Origin: Armatimonadia bacterium
Lineage (GTDB): Bacteria > Armatimonadota > Zipacnadia > Zipacnadales > UBA11051
Assembly (NCBI GenBank): GCA_039683575.1
Contig: JBDKRC010000345.1
Span: forward strand, 1 to 44,373
DNA: 44,373 bases
Reading direction: 5' to 3'
A model generated the notes under the pieces. The model was not told the DNA's origin and made no database searches. It saw only the letters and a program-made list of their open reading frames with translations. The position numbers and the translations under genes were made by a program. This document shows, one piece after another, positions 10,374 to 19,298 of this stretch (positions are counted from its first letter, which is position 1; every line of letters starts with the position of its first letter).

Positions 10374-10566
10374 CGGGACTGCTCCCTTGCAGATGATGTT
10401 GATGTAGATTGGACGTTGCCGGGGGCGATCTGGTTGCAACAGATCGCCACGTTCTACGGTATCATATTGGCTGGCAGACAGCCCCTCACCTGCTGCGCAC
10501 AGCGATGCCACCCAAGTATGTCGCAGAAAAGTCGCGTCAATCTTGCAGAAAACGGCAAAAGGGGGA

Positions 10567-10595
10567 TTGCAAGACATCAGACAAGTAGTTATAGT
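10567..10595 (+). promoter_or_regulatory. Putative sigma70 promoter of the PEP-CTERM gene
   Basis: TTGCAA-17 nt-TATAGT, 89 nt upstream of ATG 10685. Confidence 0.6.
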
Positions 10596-10684
10596 TAAAG
10601 ATGCCGTTGTTGCATAGTTATGTTTGACTCACGTCGTCTGGCGGGGGGGCGGCTGATCAGCACTTGGCCAGGGAGAGCCGGTAC

Positions 10685-11743
10685 ATGACCAAAGCCATGT
10701 TCTATCTCATGCTCGTGGTTGCCGTTGCGGCAGCACTGCCGGCTAGCGCCGCAACGCTGCTTGCCGACCATTTCGGCGTCAACCCGACCGTCGTATACTC
10801 GGATTTCGACTATCAGGTCGAGACCTCCCCTGGTGTCTGGGAGACACAGACCTATGGGGCCTACGCCTTCGACCCCAATACCTGGGTTCCCACCAACAAC
10901 ACCGCGACTGCCGACTACCAGGTCAATGACTGGTATGGCGCCTGGGATCCCAACGGCGGCCTCGGCAACGTGACATCCCCTGATCTGCCCTACGCCAATG
11001 CCACCTCGCCCTCAGGTGACGAGCCGTACGATACCGAAGCCTACTATTTCGATGACGACGAAGACAACCTGTACTTTGTCGCCGTCATCGGCTTCCCCTC
11101 TCCCGCCGACGGCATCTACACCGAGAGTCGGTTGGAGAACTACCCCGTTGTTCAGGGAGACCTGGCCATCGACGTAGTCGGACACGGCAACGGGCAAACC
11201 GATGGCTGGGGCTTCCAGTACAGCTATGGCGTCGATCTTACCAATGAGATCCGTCCTGATTACGCTGACAACGACGTAGAAGCACTGCGATCCGAGACCG
11301 TCGGTAACGCCTTCTACGAGACCTCCGACGGCTGGTATATCGGAACGCCCAATGGTGCGGTCAACCCCGTCGCCGACGGCGCGACCTCTGACGCCTACAG
11401 CAACTTCGACCCCACGTACAGTGGCCTTACGCCGACAGGATATGTCACCACCAACTGGTATGAACTTCCCGTCACAGACAGCCTTGGCAATCCTCAACTC
11501 GAAAACCAGTGGAGCACGTACGTAATCGAGGTAACCATACCGCGCGAACTGTTCGGCACGTTGGATCCCTACCAGGAAATCCGCTTCCACTGGCTTGCCG
11601 GTTGCCGCAATGACGGCAACGACGGCCAGGCCTACCTGACTGGTAACGGTGTCACGCCCGAGCCGACCACAACAGCGTTGATGCTGCTCGGTGTCGTTCC
11701 CCTCGGCTCGTGGCTGCGCAAGCGTCGCCAGTCGCAAAGCTAG
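10685..11743 (+). CDS. PEP-CTERM sorting-domain surface protein
   Basis: Signal peptide; acidic D/Y/N/T-rich body; C-terminal TPEPTTTALMLLGVVPLGSWLRKRR (PEP motif + TM helix + basic tail). Confidence 0.9.
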   Translation: MTKAMFYLMLVVAVAAALPASAATLLADHFGVNPTVVYSDFDYQVETSPGVWETQTYGAYAFDPNTWVPTNNTATADYQVNDWYGAWDPNGGLGNVTSPDLPYANATSPSGDEPYDTEAYYFDDDEDNLYFVAVIGFPSPADGIYTESRLENYPVVQGDLAIDVVGHGNGQTDGWGFQYSYGVDLTNEIRPDYADNDVEALRSETVGNAFYETSDGWYIGTPNGAVNPVADGATSDAYSNFDPTYSGLTPTGYVTTNWYELPVTDSLGNPQLENQWSTYVIEVTIPRELFGTLDPYQEIRFHWLAGCRNDGNDGQAYLTGNGVTPEPTTTALMLLGVVPLGSWLRKRRQSQS

Positions 11744-11775
11744 CTCCCCTCACCTCTCCAAAACCGCAACACACG

Positions 11776-11804
11776 AAAAGCGCCTGAAGATCAGGCGCTT
11801 TTTT
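11776..11804 (+). terminator. Intrinsic terminator
   Basis: AAAAGCGCCTGA-AGA-TCAGGCGCTTTTTT just after the PEP-CTERM stop. Confidence 0.85.
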
Positions 11805-11956
11805 GCTGCGTTCCACTCACCGCTCCTTGCCCCGAGTTAGCCTGCGGGCTTACCCCTTGAGTGAAACCCTCCTCAATCTTGCTTCTACTTGAACTTCATG
11901 ATCATCGATGGCGTCCAGAGATAACGTACCATTTTGGTTGACCATGCAATGGAGGA

Positions 11957-14770
11957 ATGGGCATGCGAATCGTTGCATTGCTGATGGTTTGTGTTTCGCT
12001 GTCGGTAGCACCGGCAGTTTTCGCTCTGGGGACCGGGGCCAGCCTCGGAGATACCGTCTGGTATGATACCAATGCCAATGGAGTCATGGACACTGGCGAA
12101 GCCGGCATTCCCGGCGTGACCGTGACTGCCGACCGCTACGACTCCAATGGGGCGCTGGTCTACCACAGCAGCAAGATCACCGACGGCAACGGGTATTACC
12201 TGTTTCCCACCTTGCTGGCAGGGACCTACCATGTGACCACCAGCGTCACCGGTCTCTCCCCCACTTACGACCTCGATGGCGTCGGAACCCCCAGCTATGC
12301 CGTTGCCACTCTGGCTACTGGTCAGGCCCGTCGCGATGTCGACTTCGGCTATGTCGCCGGCACGCTCGGCGACACGGTCTGGGCTGACGCCAATGCCAAC
12401 GGCGTGCAGGACAGTGGTGAAACTGGCCTCGCAGGGGTCTCCGTCAGCCTCTACGACGGCAGCAACACTCTCCTTGCCACCACCACAACCAACAGCTCCG
12501 GCTGGTACAGCTTCAATAGCCTGGCCAGCGGCGTATACACCGTCAAGGTTGACCCGGCTACCCTCTCCGGCGGCTGGGTCGTTCCTACCTACGATCTCGA
12601 CGGCCTTGACAGCGCCAACTCCGCAACCGGCTCGCTCGGCCCCGGTGAGACAAGGCTGGACTTCGACTTCGGCTACACCAAGACCGGCTCTCTTGGCGAC
12701 TACGTGTGGTTCGATGCCGACCAGGACGGCGTGCAGGACGCGGGCGAGCAACCGATTCCTCACGTCACCCTCATCTTGCTTGATAGCAGCAACCAGCAGT
12801 TGGCCACCACCGCAACCGACGACAACGGCCTGTACACGTTCGGCGACCTGCTGGCAGGTACATACAAGGTCCAGGTTGACGCCGCCACCCTCCCCCCGCG
12901 CGTGACGCAGACCTATGACCTTGACGGCATCGGAACGGCCAACATAGCCACTGCCACCCTGGCCCTCGGCCAGAACCGCACCGACGTGGACTTCGGCTAT
13001 TACCAGGCGCCGGAGGCCCCCGGTCTCTCCATCACCAAAGAGGCCAATGTTACTGACATCGTGCCGGGACAGTCTGTAACATACACCTACACGATCACCA
13101 CCACTGGCGGCCAGACCCTCTCCTACATAGTCGCCACAGATGATGCAGCCACCCCCAAGTACACCCCGGACGACTTCATCGTGGGCCAGCTCGCCAGCCT
13201 CGCAGCCGGGCAGAGCGTGAGCTTCACCGCCACCAAGAGCATCGCCGTGGACAACGTCGTGACGGTCAACGGCACCAACTACGATGGCGGCTGGGAGACT
13301 ACCGAAGTCCTGCCCAATGGCGACGTGCGCTTCACCTACGTCCAGAGTCTGACCGTCACCGACAATACCTATGGCGCCACTGCCTCGCCTGGCTGGCCCA
13401 GTGGCCACAAGTTCGGCGACCTGACCGGCAGCGACAAGGCCCAGTTCCTCTTCAAGAACGCCGCCGGCACAACCGTGATGCAGTTCTACCTCGACTACAT
13501 CTCCGCCTCCACGGCGTTCCCCTCCGGCTACGGCACCCTCGGCGCCACCGGCGGAGACGGCAGCATGGTGGTAGGCAGCGCCTCGAACATCGCCAGCTAC
13601 ACAACCTCGATGACGCTCAACATGAACCAGTCGCCGGCCTACTACGTGTACACCGTAAACTCGCCGGTGAACGACCCCAACTGGAACTACTACAGCATGT
13701 ACACGATGGTGATCAAGGCAGCCGCCTTCGGCACCTCGGGCTTCGGCAGCGCCGAAGTTGTGGACCAGCACAACTCCCCCTCCAAGCTCGGTGTAAATGC
13801 CATGGACCCCAAACCCGTGGACAGTGCTGTAACCAACACTGTGGTGGTCACCGGAACCGCGGCCAACGGCACCGCGATGACCGCCAGCGCCACCGAGACC
13901 GTCTGGATCTGGACCCACGGCCGCGCGTCGCTCGCTGGCAACATCTGGGCCGACCTCAACGAAAACGGCAGTTCCGACGGGTATGACTGGCCGATGGGCA
14001 GCGTCACCGTCACCCTCGTAAATGTAACAACCGGTGCCACAGTCGGTACTGCAGTGACCGATGCCGGGGGCAACTACACCTTCGCACAACTCTATCCTGG
14101 CACTTACCGCGCCACAGTCACAACCAGCACGCTGCCGGCTTACTACACGAAGCCGACCTACGATCTCGACGGCATCAGCACTGCCAATACGGCCGTAGCG
14201 ACCATCGTTGGTGATACCGGCGCCATCACCAACGTTAACTTCGGCTACAACAGGACCGCCGCGGCCCCGTTCACAACCTATACGCCAGACCGCTGGGGCG
14301 GTACCAGCACCCCCAGGAACGCGGGGTGGATGCTGGATACCCACTTCGCCACCCTCTATCCTTCCGGTCTTGTCGTCGGTGGCGGCTACACAGTGACCTT
14401 TGCCTCCGCTGCCGCGGTGGACACGTACCTGCCGCGTACGGGCACACCTGCCATGCTGACCCAGAACTGGGTCAACCCGACGAGTACCCCATCCAATGAG
14501 CTGGTTGGGCAGACTACGGCGCTGAAGCTCAACGTAGACTACTCCAGTGCCGGGCTGCTCAAGTCTGGCCTCGGCAGCAAAGCCCTGCTCAAGGGTGAGC
14601 TCATGGGCTGGACTGTTGACCAGGTCTTGGCGGCTGCTCAGGCGACCCTCGGCGGGAACAGATCCGGCCTGCCCAGCACTGTCACCCTGAGTGACCTCAA
14701 CAGCATCATCAAGTCAATCAATGGCAACTACCTGGACGGGACCAAGAACAACGGCTATCTGAGCCAGTAG
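11957..14770 (+). CDS. Secreted SdrD B-like repeat protein, paralog 1 (4 repeats, split DUF11-like domain, conserved C-terminal domain)
   Basis: Signal peptide; repeated SLGD.VW.D.N.NG.QD.GE.GI ... TYDLDG ... DVDFGY units. Confidence 0.85.
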   Translation: MGMRIVALLMVCVSLSVAPAVFALGTGASLGDTVWYDTNANGVMDTGEAGIPGVTVTADRYDSNGALVYHSSKITDGNGYYLFPTLLAGTYHVTTSVTGLSPTYDLDGVGTPSYAVATLATGQARRDVDFGYVAGTLGDTVWADANANGVQDSGETGLAGVSVSLYDGSNTLLATTTTNSSGWYSFNSLASGVYTVKVDPATLSGGWVVPTYDLDGLDSANSATGSLGPGETRLDFDFGYTKTGSLGDYVWFDADQDGVQDAGEQPIPHVTLILLDSSNQQLATTATDDNGLYTFGDLLAGTYKVQVDAATLPPRVTQTYDLDGIGTANIATATLALGQNRTDVDFGYYQAPEAPGLSITKEANVTDIVPGQSVTYTYTITTTGGQTLSYIVATDDAATPKYTPDDFIVGQLASLAAGQSVSFTATKSIAVDNVVTVNGTNYDGGWETTEVLPNGDVRFTYVQSLTVTDNTYGATASPGWPSGHKFGDLTGSDKAQFLFKNAAGTTVMQFYLDYISASTAFPSGYGTLGATGGDGSMVVGSASNIASYTTSMTLNMNQSPAYYVYTVNSPVNDPNWNYYSMYTMVIKAAAFGTSGFGSAEVVDQHNSPSKLGVNAMDPKPVDSAVTNTVVVTGTAANGTAMTASATETVWIWTHGRASLAGNIWADLNENGSSDGYDWPMGSVTVTLVNVTTGATVGTAVTDAGGNYTFAQLYPGTYRATVTTSTLPAYYTKPTYDLDGISTANTAVATIVGDTGAITNVNFGYNRTAAAPFTTYTPDRWGGTSTPRNAGWMLDTHFATLYPSGLVVGGGYTVTFASAAAVDTYLPRTGTPAMLTQNWVNPTSTPSNELVGQTTALKLNVDYSSAGLLKSGLGSKALLKGELMGWTVDQVLAAAQATLGGNRSGLPSTVTLSDLNSIIKSINGNYLDGTKNNGYLSQ

Positions 14771-14791
14771 CCTCTATGGTTTTGGCAAAAT

Positions 14792-14834
14792 GACAACAGC
14801 GGCGCGCCTGAGCAGGCGCGCCGCTGCTGTTGTC
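14792..14834 (+). terminator. GC-rich terminator-like hairpin after paralog 1
   Basis: CAGCGGCGCGCCTG-AG-CAGGCGCGCCGCTG followed by CTGTTGT; weak U tract. Confidence 0.6.
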
Positions 14835-14900
14835 GCGAGGCTCGGCCGGCGGCACCTCAAGAAAGGCTCACCGGATCATGAGACATTCTTGCGGAAATAG

Positions 14901-14929
14901 TTGACATGTAGAAGAAGGCATGATAGAGT
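14901..14929 (+). promoter_or_regulatory. sigma70 promoter of paralog 2
   Basis: TTGACA-17 nt-TAGAGT; conserved in front of paralogs 3 and 4. Confidence 0.8.
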
Positions 14930-14936
14930 TCTTCCC

Positions 14937-15215
14937 AATGGAAGTGCCTGGCCTGGGTACTTCCGTTTTCGCATCTACTGGTTGATGGTCTGAACGCAGC
15001 AGTAATAAGCGTTTTACGTCCGACGCACTTAGTAGCCGCCATTCATCACAGCAACGATCACAGCTATGCCGAAGCGTGTGACTTCGGATTCATTGCAGGG
15101 CAAGTGCCCGCAAACCTGGGTACTTGCCCTTTTGTGTTTCCTGGTTGGATGTTGGTCGAGCGCCGAACGCAGCCGTAGAGAAGCCTCAGTCGAACACCTG
15201 TGGGAGGGTATTGAT
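14937..15215 (+). ncRNA. Candidate structured cis-regulatory 5' leader, copy 1
   Basis: Hairpin H1 14940-14964 + T tract; ATCACAGC direct repeat; hairpin 15069-15087; terminator-like H2 15097-15133. Conserved in three copies. Confidence 0.6.
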
Positions 15216-16775
15216 ATGAACAGACTACTGACATTGATTGTCTTGGTCTCACTGGCTGTAGCTCCGGGGGCCTTCGCTCTTGGTACAGCCGCCAGTCTTG
15301 GGGACACGGTTTGGTACGACACCAACAACAATGGTGTGCAGGACGATGGTGAGCCGGGGATCGCCGGCGTCGTCGTCACCGCTCAACGGTATGACGCAAA
15401 CGGCGTGCTCAGGTACAACGCGACGAGGACCACCAACTCGACCGGGTACTACCTGTTCCAGAGCCTGCTTGCCGGTACGTATCGCGTGACAACCAATGTC
15501 ACCAACCTCGATCAGACCTATGATCTCGACGGCACCAGCACGCCAAACTATGCGGTCGCCACGCTGGCCACCAGCCAGGCCCGCCGCGACGTCGATTTCG
15601 GCTATGTCGGCGGCTCCCTTGGCGACTACGTCTGGCTCGACGCGGACCGCGATGGTGAGCAGGACGCCGCAGAGCAGGGCATTTCCGGCGTCACCCTCAG
15701 TCTTCTCGATGGCACGGGCGCAACCCTGGCCACCACCGTAACCAACGCCTCCGGCTTGTACACCTTCAGCGGCCTCAAGGCAGGCTCGTACACCGTCCAG
15801 GTGGACTTCTCAACCATACCTGCCGACCTTGAGCCCTCCTACGACCTCGATGGCATCTCAACTGCCAACATCGCTACAGCTTCACTGACCCGTGCGCAAA
15901 ACCGCACCGATGTTGACTTCGGCTACAAGCCGCCAGTGCTCGGTTCCATTGGCGACTACGTGTGGCTCGACGTCAACGGCGATGGTATCCAGGACGCCAC
16001 CGAGAGCGGCATCCCCAACGTGACGATGCAGCTCTACAGCAACGATGTCCTCCTCGCAACCACGGCTACCAACGGTTCGGGGCTGTATCTCTTCAGCAAC
16101 CTGCGCGTCGGCACCTACACCGTCCAGGTGGTGGCCAGCACCCTTCCCGCCAACGTCGCCCCCACCTACGACCTCGATGGCATCGCCACCGCCCATGTAG
16201 CGACTGCCAGCCTCGGCTACGGCGAAGACCGGCGCGACGTGGACTTCGGCTACTGGGTCCCGGACACTCGGCATTACATGACAAACAGTAACGGCGGCTG
16301 GGGCTCCAATCCCACCGGCGACAATCCCGGCACGCTGCTCCACACCAACTTCCCGATCGTCTACCCCAACGGCATGGTGGTCGGCAGCCTCCATTACATC
16401 AGGTTCGACAGCGCGCAGGAGATCACCGACGCCCTCCCGCTTGGCGGCGCCGCTGGCACGCTCATCCGGGACTATGATCCTCCGACCGCAACCGGCACCT
16501 CGGCTGGCCAGTTCGCCGGCCAAGTGGTAGGCAATCGCCTCTCCCTGGACTTCTCCAACGCCGGAGTCACCCGCTACGGTCTCGGGCGTCTGAAGATCCA
16601 GAGCGGGACCTTCCAGGGCATGACAGTAACGGACTTCGTCCAACTCTGCGAGGAGATATTGGGTGGCAAGAGCGACAACCTACAGTACACCCTGCCTGAC
16701 CTCTCCAACACCGCAGCCCAGATCAACCTGAACTACGACAAGGGAGCGGTCGACAACGGCTTCCTCGCCCCGTAG
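15216..16775 (+). CDS. Secreted SdrD B-like repeat protein, paralog 2 (3 repeats + C-terminal domain)
   Basis: ATG 15216 after GGGAGG; signal peptide homologous to the other paralogs; three SdrD-B-like units. Confidence 0.85.
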   Translation: MNRLLTLIVLVSLAVAPGAFALGTAASLGDTVWYDTNNNGVQDDGEPGIAGVVVTAQRYDANGVLRYNATRTTNSTGYYLFQSLLAGTYRVTTNVTNLDQTYDLDGTSTPNYAVATLATSQARRDVDFGYVGGSLGDYVWLDADRDGEQDAAEQGISGVTLSLLDGTGATLATTVTNASGLYTFSGLKAGSYTVQVDFSTIPADLEPSYDLDGISTANIATASLTRAQNRTDVDFGYKPPVLGSIGDYVWLDVNGDGIQDATESGIPNVTMQLYSNDVLLATTATNGSGLYLFSNLRVGTYTVQVVASTLPANVAPTYDLDGIATAHVATASLGYGEDRRDVDFGYWVPDTRHYMTNSNGGWGSNPTGDNPGTLLHTNFPIVYPNGMVVGSLHYIRFDSAQEITDALPLGGAAGTLIRDYDPPTATGTSAGQFAGQVVGNRLSLDFSNAGVTRYGLGRLKIQSGTFQGMTVTDFVQLCEEILGGKSDNLQYTLPDLSNTAAQINLNYDKGAVDNGFLAP

Positions 16776-16806
16776 GACCCCGCTAACAGTTGGCCTGAAT
16801 AGCGAT

Positions 16807-16847
16807 ACAGGGGATGCTCCAAACGGAGCATCCCCTGTCTGTTTCTT
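16807..16847 (+). terminator. Intrinsic terminator after paralog 2
   Basis: ACAGGGGATGCTCC-AAAC-GGAGCATCCCCTGT then CTGTTTCTT; the same stem recurs after paralogs 3 and 4. Confidence 0.8.
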
Positions 16848-16933
16848 GCCCTCATCCATGTAGCGCACCGCCGTTTCCCGTTTTCGTCTCAATCCCGGCG
16901 AAAGCGGTGTTGCGCAAGCCTTGAAGACATCGG

Positions 16934-16962
16934 TTGACAAGAAGAAGAAGCAGTAGTAGAGT
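16934..16962 (+). promoter_or_regulatory. sigma70 promoter of paralog 3
   Basis: TTGACA-17 nt-TAGAGT. Confidence 0.8.
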
Positions 16963-16970
16963 ACATGACG

Positions 16971-17252
16971 ATGGAAGTGCCCGGCCTGGGTACTTCCATT
17001 TTTGCGTTAACTGGTTGATGGTCTGGACGCAGCAGTTGTACGCGTTTTACGTCCGACGCACTTAGCAGCCGCCATTCATCACAGCAACGATCACAGCCAA
17101 GCCAAAGCGCGTGACTTCGGTGTCATTGCAGGGCAAGTGCCCGTAAGCCTGGGTACTTGCCCTTTTGTGTTTTCTGGTTGGATGTTGGTTCAGCGCCGAA
17201 CGCAGTCGTAGTCAGAAAAATGCCTCAGTCGAACACTTGGGAGGGTATTCGT
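16971..17252 (+). ncRNA. Candidate structured cis-regulatory 5' leader, copy 2
   Basis: H1 ATGGAAGTGCCC/GGGTACTTCCAT + TTTT (16971-17003); H2 AGGGCAAGTGCCC/GGGTACTTGCCCT + TTT (17130-17166). Confidence 0.6.
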
Positions 17253-18812
17253 ATGAGCAGACTACTGGTACCGATTGTCTTGGTCTCACTGGCTGTAGCT
17301 CCGGCGGCCTTCGCTCTTGGTACAGCCGCCAGTCTTGGGGACACGGTTTGGTACGACACCAACAATAATGGTGTGCAGGACGCTGGTGAGCCGGGGATCG
17401 CTGGCGTCGTCGTCACCGCTCAGCGGTACGACGCAAACGGCGTGCTCAGGTACAACGCGACGCGGACCACCAACTCGACCGGGTACTACCTCTTTCAAAG
17501 CCTGCTTGCCGGTACGTATCGCGTGACAACCAATGTCACCAACCTCGATCCAACCTACGATCTCGATGGCCTGGGCACGCCAAACCTCGCCGTCTCCACG
17601 CTGGCCACCAGCCAGGCCCGCCGCGACGTCGATTTCGGCTACGTCGGTGGCTCCCTTGGCGACTACGTCTGGCTCGACGCGGACCGCGATGGTGAGCAGG
17701 ATGCCGCGGAGCAGGGCATTTCCGGCGTTACGCTAGCTCTCCTGAATGGCGCGGGCGCTACCCTCGCTACCACGGTAACCAACGCCTCCGGCTGGTATGC
17801 CTTCAGTGGCCTCAAGGCCGGCTCCTATACCGTACAGGTGGACTTCGCAACCATACCGGTCGGCTTGGAGCCCTCCTACGACCTCGATGGCATCTCAACT
17901 GCCAACATCGCCACGGCTTCACTGAGCCTTGCCCAAAACCGCACCGATGTCGACTTCGGCTACAAGCCGCCGCTTCTGGGTTCCATCGGCGACTACGTGT
18001 GGCTCGACGTCAATGGCGACGGTGTCCAGGATGCCACCGAGAGCGGCATTCCCAACGTGACGATGCAGCTCTACAGCAACGACGTCCTCCTCGCAACCAC
18101 GGCAACCGATGGCTCCGGGCTTTACCTCTTCAGCAACCTGCATGCCGGCACCTACACCGTCCAGGTGGTTGCCAGTACTCTTGCGGCGAACCTCGTACAG
18201 ACCTACGACCTCGACGGCATCGCCACCGCCCACGTGGCGACCGCCAGCCTCGCCTCCGGCGAGGACCGGCGCGACGTGGACTTCGGCTACTGGGTCCCAG
18301 ACACCCGGCACTACGTGACCAACAGCAACGGCGGCTGGGGTGGCGAGCCAACTGGCGACAACCCCGGCACGCTTCTCCACAACAACTTCGCCGCCGTCTA
18401 CCCCAACGGCATGGTGGTGGGCAGCCTCCATTACATGAGGTTCGACAGCGCGCAGGAGATCACCGACGCCCTGCCGCTGGGCGGCACCGCTGGGACGCTC
18501 ATCCAGGACTATGATCCGCCCACCGCAACCGGCACCTCGGCTGGCCAGTTCGCCGGCCAAGTAGTAGGCAATCGCCTCTCCTTGGACTTCTCCAACGCCG
18601 GCGTCACCTGCTACGGTCTCGGCCGTCTGAAGATCCAGAGCGGGACCTTCCAGGGCATGACAGTGACGGAGTTCGTCCAGCTCTGCGAGGACATATTGGG
18701 TGGCAAGAGCGACAATCTACAGTACTCGCTGCCTGACCTCTCCAACACCGCAGCCCAGATCAACCTGAACTACGACAAGGGCGCGGTGGACCAGGGCTTC
18801 CTCGGCCCGTAG
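17253..18812 (+). CDS. Secreted SdrD B-like repeat protein, paralog 3 (recent duplicate of paralog 2)
   Basis: ATG 17253 after GGGAGG; same length (1560 nt) as paralog 2 and colinear with it. Confidence 0.85.
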   Translation: MSRLLVPIVLVSLAVAPAAFALGTAASLGDTVWYDTNNNGVQDAGEPGIAGVVVTAQRYDANGVLRYNATRTTNSTGYYLFQSLLAGTYRVTTNVTNLDPTYDLDGLGTPNLAVSTLATSQARRDVDFGYVGGSLGDYVWLDADRDGEQDAAEQGISGVTLALLNGAGATLATTVTNASGWYAFSGLKAGSYTVQVDFATIPVGLEPSYDLDGISTANIATASLSLAQNRTDVDFGYKPPLLGSIGDYVWLDVNGDGVQDATESGIPNVTMQLYSNDVLLATTATDGSGLYLFSNLHAGTYTVQVVASTLAANLVQTYDLDGIATAHVATASLASGEDRRDVDFGYWVPDTRHYVTNSNGGWGGEPTGDNPGTLLHNNFAAVYPNGMVVGSLHYMRFDSAQEITDALPLGGTAGTLIQDYDPPTATGTSAGQFAGQVVGNRLSLDFSNAGVTCYGLGRLKIQSGTFQGMTVTEFVQLCEDILGGKSDNLQYSLPDLSNTAAQINLNYDKGAVDQGFLGP

Positions 18813-18841
18813 AACCCCGCTAACAGATTGTCTGAATAACG

Positions 18842-18883
18842 AGACAGGGGATGCTCCAACGGAGCATCCCCTGTCTGTTTCTT
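18842..18883 (+). terminator. Intrinsic terminator after paralog 3
   Basis: AGACAGGGGATGCTCC-AAC-GGAGCATCCCCTGTCT then GTTTCTT. Confidence 0.8.
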
Positions 18884-18970
18884 GCCGCCTTCCGTACGAC
18901 CGTACCCTCCCTTGGGGCCGTCGTCTTTACCGGCTCTATAGCTACCGTTGAGAAAGACTTGAAAAAACGA

Positions 18971-18999
18971 TTGACAAGAAGAAGAAGTAGCAGTACACT
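18971..18999 (+). promoter_or_regulatory. sigma70 promoter of paralog 4
   Basis: TTGACA-17 nt-TACACT. Confidence 0.8.
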
Positions 19000-19009
19000 T
19001 CGACACTGT

Positions 19010-19298
19010 GGAAGTGCCTTGCCTGGGTGCTTCTCTTTTTGCATCTACTGGTTAGTGGTCCCGATGCACCCGCAGACACGTTGCTTGACAGTCTCAGCTT
19101 CATTCGCGAGACCCTCATCACCGCAACCATCGCAGCCATACCGAGGTTACGTCTGCCTCGGTTCCAAAGCAAGGTAAGTGCCTGGGAAATGGGTACTTGC
19201 CTTTTTTTTACGACTGGTGGTCGTCGAGTTGAGCATTTCTTGATGTAACCCAGAGTAAAAGTAGATTAGGCGTACCAGACATGGGAGGGAAACAGAAA
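19010..19298 (+). ncRNA. Candidate structured cis-regulatory 5' leader, copy 3 (diverged)
   Basis: H1 19010-19040; ACCGAGG/CCTCGGT hairpin 19140-19162; H2 AAGGTAAGTGCCT/GGGTACTTGCCTT with T8 run (19171-19209). Confidence 0.6.

Noticed and set aside
11885-14344. 819-aa antisense ORF, and similar long shadow ORFs (1805-2956, 4305-5726, 23699-25099, 36955-38223)
   Set aside because: They lie opposite well-supported genes and are the expected stop-poor shadows in high-GC DNA.
15050-15066. ANTAR dual-hexaloop site (AGCAACGAT)
   Set aside because: The flanks do not pair to close the hexaloop, and no second hairpin of that type is present.
14940-15133. c-di-GMP-II riboswitch in the SdrD leaders (GGGCACTTG, TGATGAA and AGTAG.TGC words occur on the minus strand)
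   Set aside because: The words are antisense to the gene and in the wrong order. The c-di-GMP-I, ydaO, TPP and cobalamin cores were not recognisable either. An Rfam scan is still needed.
15066-17252. N-terminal extensions of paralogs 2 and 3 in the ORF track (starts 15066 and 17157)
   Set aside because: SD sites and signal-peptide homology place the starts at 15216 and 17253; the extensions run through the leader.
15216-18812. Diversity-generating retroelement template/variable repeat pair
   Set aside because: Both copies are intact full-length genes, differences are not confined to adenines, and there is no reverse transcriptase.
19064-19177. Leader peptide MHPQTRC... in leader copy 3
   Set aside because: No equivalent start or frame in copies 1 and 2, and no SD.
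14940-19209. H1/H2 palindromes as a CRISPR mini-array or recombinase sites
   Set aside because: Spacing is ~160 nt with conserved intervening sequence, loops vary in length, mismatches are G-U wobbles, and no cas or recombinase gene is nearby.
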